DNA of 64,000 nt from Octopus sinensis (taxonomy: Eukaryota): the NCBI RefSeq assembly GCF_006345805.1, contig NC_042997.1:206584001-206648000 (forward strand), given 5' to 3'. The translations under genes and the position numbers were made by a program. Of this stretch, positions 60,240 to 64,000 are shown one piece after another (positions within the stretch are counted from its first letter, which is position 1; every line of letters starts with the position of its first letter). Under the pieces are notes generated by a model. The model did no database searches, had not been told where the DNA came from, and saw nothing but the letters and a program-made list of their open reading frames with translations.

Positions 60240-63200
60240 ATCAAGTATGGCCATCGCACAAGACTTAACTGTTAATGGTGTTGTGATTGAACGTGACTTT
60301 TTAGCCCAGCCAAAGATCTACAATGTCTTGGACAGAATTAGCAGCTAAAACCTTTACTGGCAATAGCCAGCTGTAGTTATAATTGGGCTTCATGTACCTT
60401 TGCATGTCATTTAAGTCCTCCCGCAGAATTACACTCTCTTCCTGACAGATATGATTAGTATGGTGTGTAGCACCACCACCAGTGGCCTGGTTTTCAATCA
60501 TCGGTCTCACTTTATGACTACAAAGATGACTCTTGAGTCCAGTTTTACTGAGGCAGGGTCTTGCACAGACACTGCATGTCAGTGTCATAGGAAAACCCTT
60601 ACTGTCTGGAAGTGCAACAGCGATGCCTTTCCTGACATCCCTCCTTACTTTCTCATGTGCAACTTGAGATTTCTCAAAAGTAGCTGTCCCCTCCTACACA
60701 ATCCTTCTAGGGCATAGCTATTGACCTACTATGGTCAATATCTATGCCCTCCCATTTGTCAGGAGAAATGCTAGCGTCTCCTAAGGAAGCCTTCAGCAAG
60801 TCCTTATACCTCTTTTTTTGTTCATGTGGAGGTCGTTCTCCTTTAGCTAACTCTCCATAAAAGAGTTGTTTTGGCATCCTTGAATCCTTCATCCTGACCA
60901 CTCCATTTGAGCCTTTGCTTCAACACAAGAGCTTCTATACTTTCACACTGACAGCCTTCCAATATTTCAAGATCACTGATGTGGTCCTCCTCCTTAATGC
61001 CATAGATCCGTCTGAGGCACATCTGATGGAAACGTTCCAGTTGTTTAAGGTGGTATTGATATGTGACCCATGTCTCACCGGCATAGAGAAGAGATAGGAG
61101 CACACATGCCTTGTACACCTTTATCTTTGTCTTTCTGCATATGTCTCCCTGACTCCAGAGGCGCTTTTCTAGCCTTTCGAAAGCAACACTTGCTTTCCTA
61201 ATTCTATATGGAATTTCATCATCCAAATTGCTATATCTTTTAATAATGCTTCCCACGTAGACAAACTGATCAAGTACACCAAGTCGTTTACCATACACAT
61301 AGATATTTGGTACACTATACTGCTTACCAGGTACAGGTTGGTACATGACAACTGTTTTCTTGAGATTGACTGTCAATCCTAAGGCACTACAAGCATCAGA
61401 GAATGCATTCAAAATGTATTGCATATCAATCTCTGTGTGCACTACTAGATCACAATCATCTGCATACAAAGGGTCTCTTATGATAGAGGTAAATCCTTTG
61501 TTTTTGCAGCAAAGCGCCTGATATTAAATATGCTGCCAGAGGTTTGATAATGGATGTAAACACCATATCTGCAATTTCCGAAAGCCATACAGAAAAACTA
61601 TTGCAAAATATATAGCAAATAGGGTCGGTGCCAGAATATTTCCCTGTTTGACTCCATTTTGTATTGAGATAGTCTCCAATATTTTACCTCTAACATAAAC
61701 CCTACCCTTCTTGTCTTCATGAAAAGACCTAACCAAAGCAAGGAACTTTTCAGGATACCCAAGTTTCTGGAGGACTCTCCACAATGCTTTTCTATTGACG
61801 GTATCAAAGGCTTTTGTCAGATCGACAAAAACCTGATACAAATCCACACACTTATCTTGAAGCTGTCTAGCTGAAAAGATCATATCAGCACTGCCACGTC
61901 CCACACGAAAGCCAGATTGACTTTCTGGAAGAACACAATGTGCAATGTGTTTCAGCAGACGATCCAGAAGTACCCTGCATAAAACCTTTCCTATGACAGA
62001 AAGCAATGATATTCCCCTATAGTTACCACAATCATTCCTGTTGCTCTTTCCCTTATAGAAGACCATCATTACTGTATCTCTCCAGTCCTCAGGTACAGAT
62101 TCATTAGCCCATATCCTGCCAAACAAAGAGTGAAGTTGCTGCAGAATTTTCTCACCAACATGCTGTATCAACTCCGCGTGTATTCCATCCATACCTGGAG
62201 ATCTCCCATTATTCATCCTTGAGACAGCTACCGCAACTTCTTCCAACTTTGGTGGTTCTGCAAGAGCCGCCTTCACAGGTAATCCAGGGATGAGATTGAG
62301 AACATCATCACTAACTATGGACTGCTGATTCAAAAGTTCATCAAAGTGTTCTCGCCACTTTCACAGAATTCCTTGTGAATCACGAAGAAGTTCTTTACCA
62401 TTCCTGCTTCGAAGTGGTGTCATTAGAGAAGTTGGTCCATAAACTTCTTGCAAAAGACCATACAACAGCTTTGTGTTATTGGAATCCGACGACGCCTGTA
62501 TCTCATCAGCCTTCTTACTCCACCACGTATCCCTCATCTGAGAGAACCTCTGCCTCACACGTGATTTCACATCCTTGAGTTCCCTATGCAACACTTCCTT
62601 TTCCTGTGGCTTTGCTGACAAATAGCATAACAAAGTATGTATTTTATCAGCCAATAAATCATCTATATGTTCGTCATTTTCTTTAAACCAATCTTGATGC
62701 TTTCTTTGTATCAATCCCAGAACTTTCGTGCCTATATCATAAACTGACTTTTTAAGCTGTCGATCAATCCTTCCCAATATCTGCAGCATTCATTTCCTCT
62801 CATAAAGTTCTCTTCACACTATTACACCTAAGACAATCAACATTCAGTTTTTTGGGTAGGGTAATACCTGCAGCCTGGGTTTTATGTTTTGTGACTAATT
62901 TCACCTTTGCACGTACTAGGCAGTGGTCAGTTCAACACTCGGCTCTACGAAGAACATGAACACACTGCACGTCTCGTCTGTCACGCACCCTAATAAGGAT
63001 GTAATCCAGAATATGCCATTCTTTAGATGCAGGGAGCATCCATGTGGTCTTAAGCTTATTCTTTTGCTGAAACATGGTATTGGTAACACACAGACTCAGT
63101 TCCTCACACATCTGCAGCAAAAGCATGCCATTACTATTACATTTCCCCACCCCATGCTTTCCAATTACAGTTCATGTGTTAAAATCCCCTCCCACTCTAG

Positions 63201-63960
63201 CATTAAAGTCACCCAGTACATTGACTTCGTCTGCCCGAGGGATATTTCTTATAATACCCTTCAAAGCATGGTAGAAAGAAACATTTTCGTCATCAGTATA
63301 GCATATAGTTGGCACATACACACTCACCAAGGTCACATAATTTCCTTTAACCAAAGAAGTGGCATTTGCTGTTAAGGCTACTCTTGTGGACAAGTTAGAA
63401 GATTCCCAGTCGGGATTAACAAGTGTTTTAGGTCCATAACCAGTGTAAGCTATGGACCTAAGACGCTCGTTAATCCCGACTGGGAATTCTTTCAACTTGT
63501 CCACAAGAGTAGCCTTAACAGCAAATGCCACTCCAGCCTCTCTTCTAAACTCTTCATTCATCCCCTTCCAAAAGAATGTATATTTTCCATAAGATTCTGT
63601 AAGATGACCATCTCCAGCTAATCTCATCTCAGATAAAGCAACGATGTCAAGATCATAGCATTGAAGCTCCTTCGCAACAAGAGCAGTCCTTCATTCAGGA
63701 CATTATGAGGACTTGTGGTCAAGCAGTGTCCGTACATTCCAACAGCCAATATTCAATATTTTATTTGGTTCTATCATAGTAGCACGATGATGGCTGGGTT
63801 CAGACTGTGATGCTCTGGAGCCCCTGCCGGGCCAGACTCTTTCATCTGATGTGTTTCCAGAGTCCTTACTGCCATTTATTTTTATATTGTTTTGGCACAT
63901 CATTGATTGTTTGCTTTTTAAGGCTACAGCCAGCCATTCAGCTGAGACTCGCAGCACTCT
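60240..63960 (-). mobile_element. RTE-BovB-like LINE, near full length, decayed
   Basis: [42 protein letters not shown] (APE); SPGMDGIHAE, NYRGISLLS, ESQSGFR, FVDLTKAFDTV, GVKQG..LAP, YADDC (RT); RMPKQLFYGEL and terminal C2H2 CSVCARPC.SKTGLKSH. Confidence 0.9.
63358..63532. repeat. Near-perfect palindrome (~81-bp arms, 12-nt loop) inside the RTE endonuclease
   Basis: agtggcatttgctgttaaggctactcttgtggacaagtt...ttaggtccata (63358-63438), loop accagtgtaagc, tatggacctaa...aacttgtccacaagagtagccttaacagcaaatgccact (63451-63532). Confidence 0.9.
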
Positions 63961-64000
63961 CAACAATCATCAATGTTGTTATCATGCAATGCTTGTGCAA

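Overview
This is AT-rich, repeat-dense animal genomic DNA. Its SINE, RTE and R4 repeats look like those of coleoid cephalopods (Octopus-like; inferred, not database-verified). One host gene runs on the minus strand across most of the window: the 5' half of a macro-PARP (PARP14-like) gene. It has four coding exons (38266-38463, 27002-27238, 21001-21234, 2190-3554), all joined by phase-1 GT-AG introns, and encodes three RRMs, a KH-like region and the start of a macrodomain before running off the left edge. A probable non-coding first exon near 56785 is surrounded by a dense cluster of IRF/ISRE and STAT (GAS) motifs, and a 36-bp minisatellite carrying about 24 AP-1 sites lies just upstream. The introns and flanks hold decayed transposons (RTE, R4/Dong-like, HERO-like, Tx1-like, Penelope-like, Gypsy, mariner, Chapaev-like, Helitron end, MITE, SINEs) and two further large tandem arrays (115-bp SINE-derived satellite, GA-rich minisatellite). 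Best leads: an interferon-stimulated-gene-like promoter in an invertebrate, a 4-residue deletion in the macrodomain AIVNAAN motif, Tx1 LINEs stacked in (TATC)n microsatellites, and repeated inversion/fold-back structures inside several retroelement clades. No prokaryotic-type system (CRISPR etc.) is supported.
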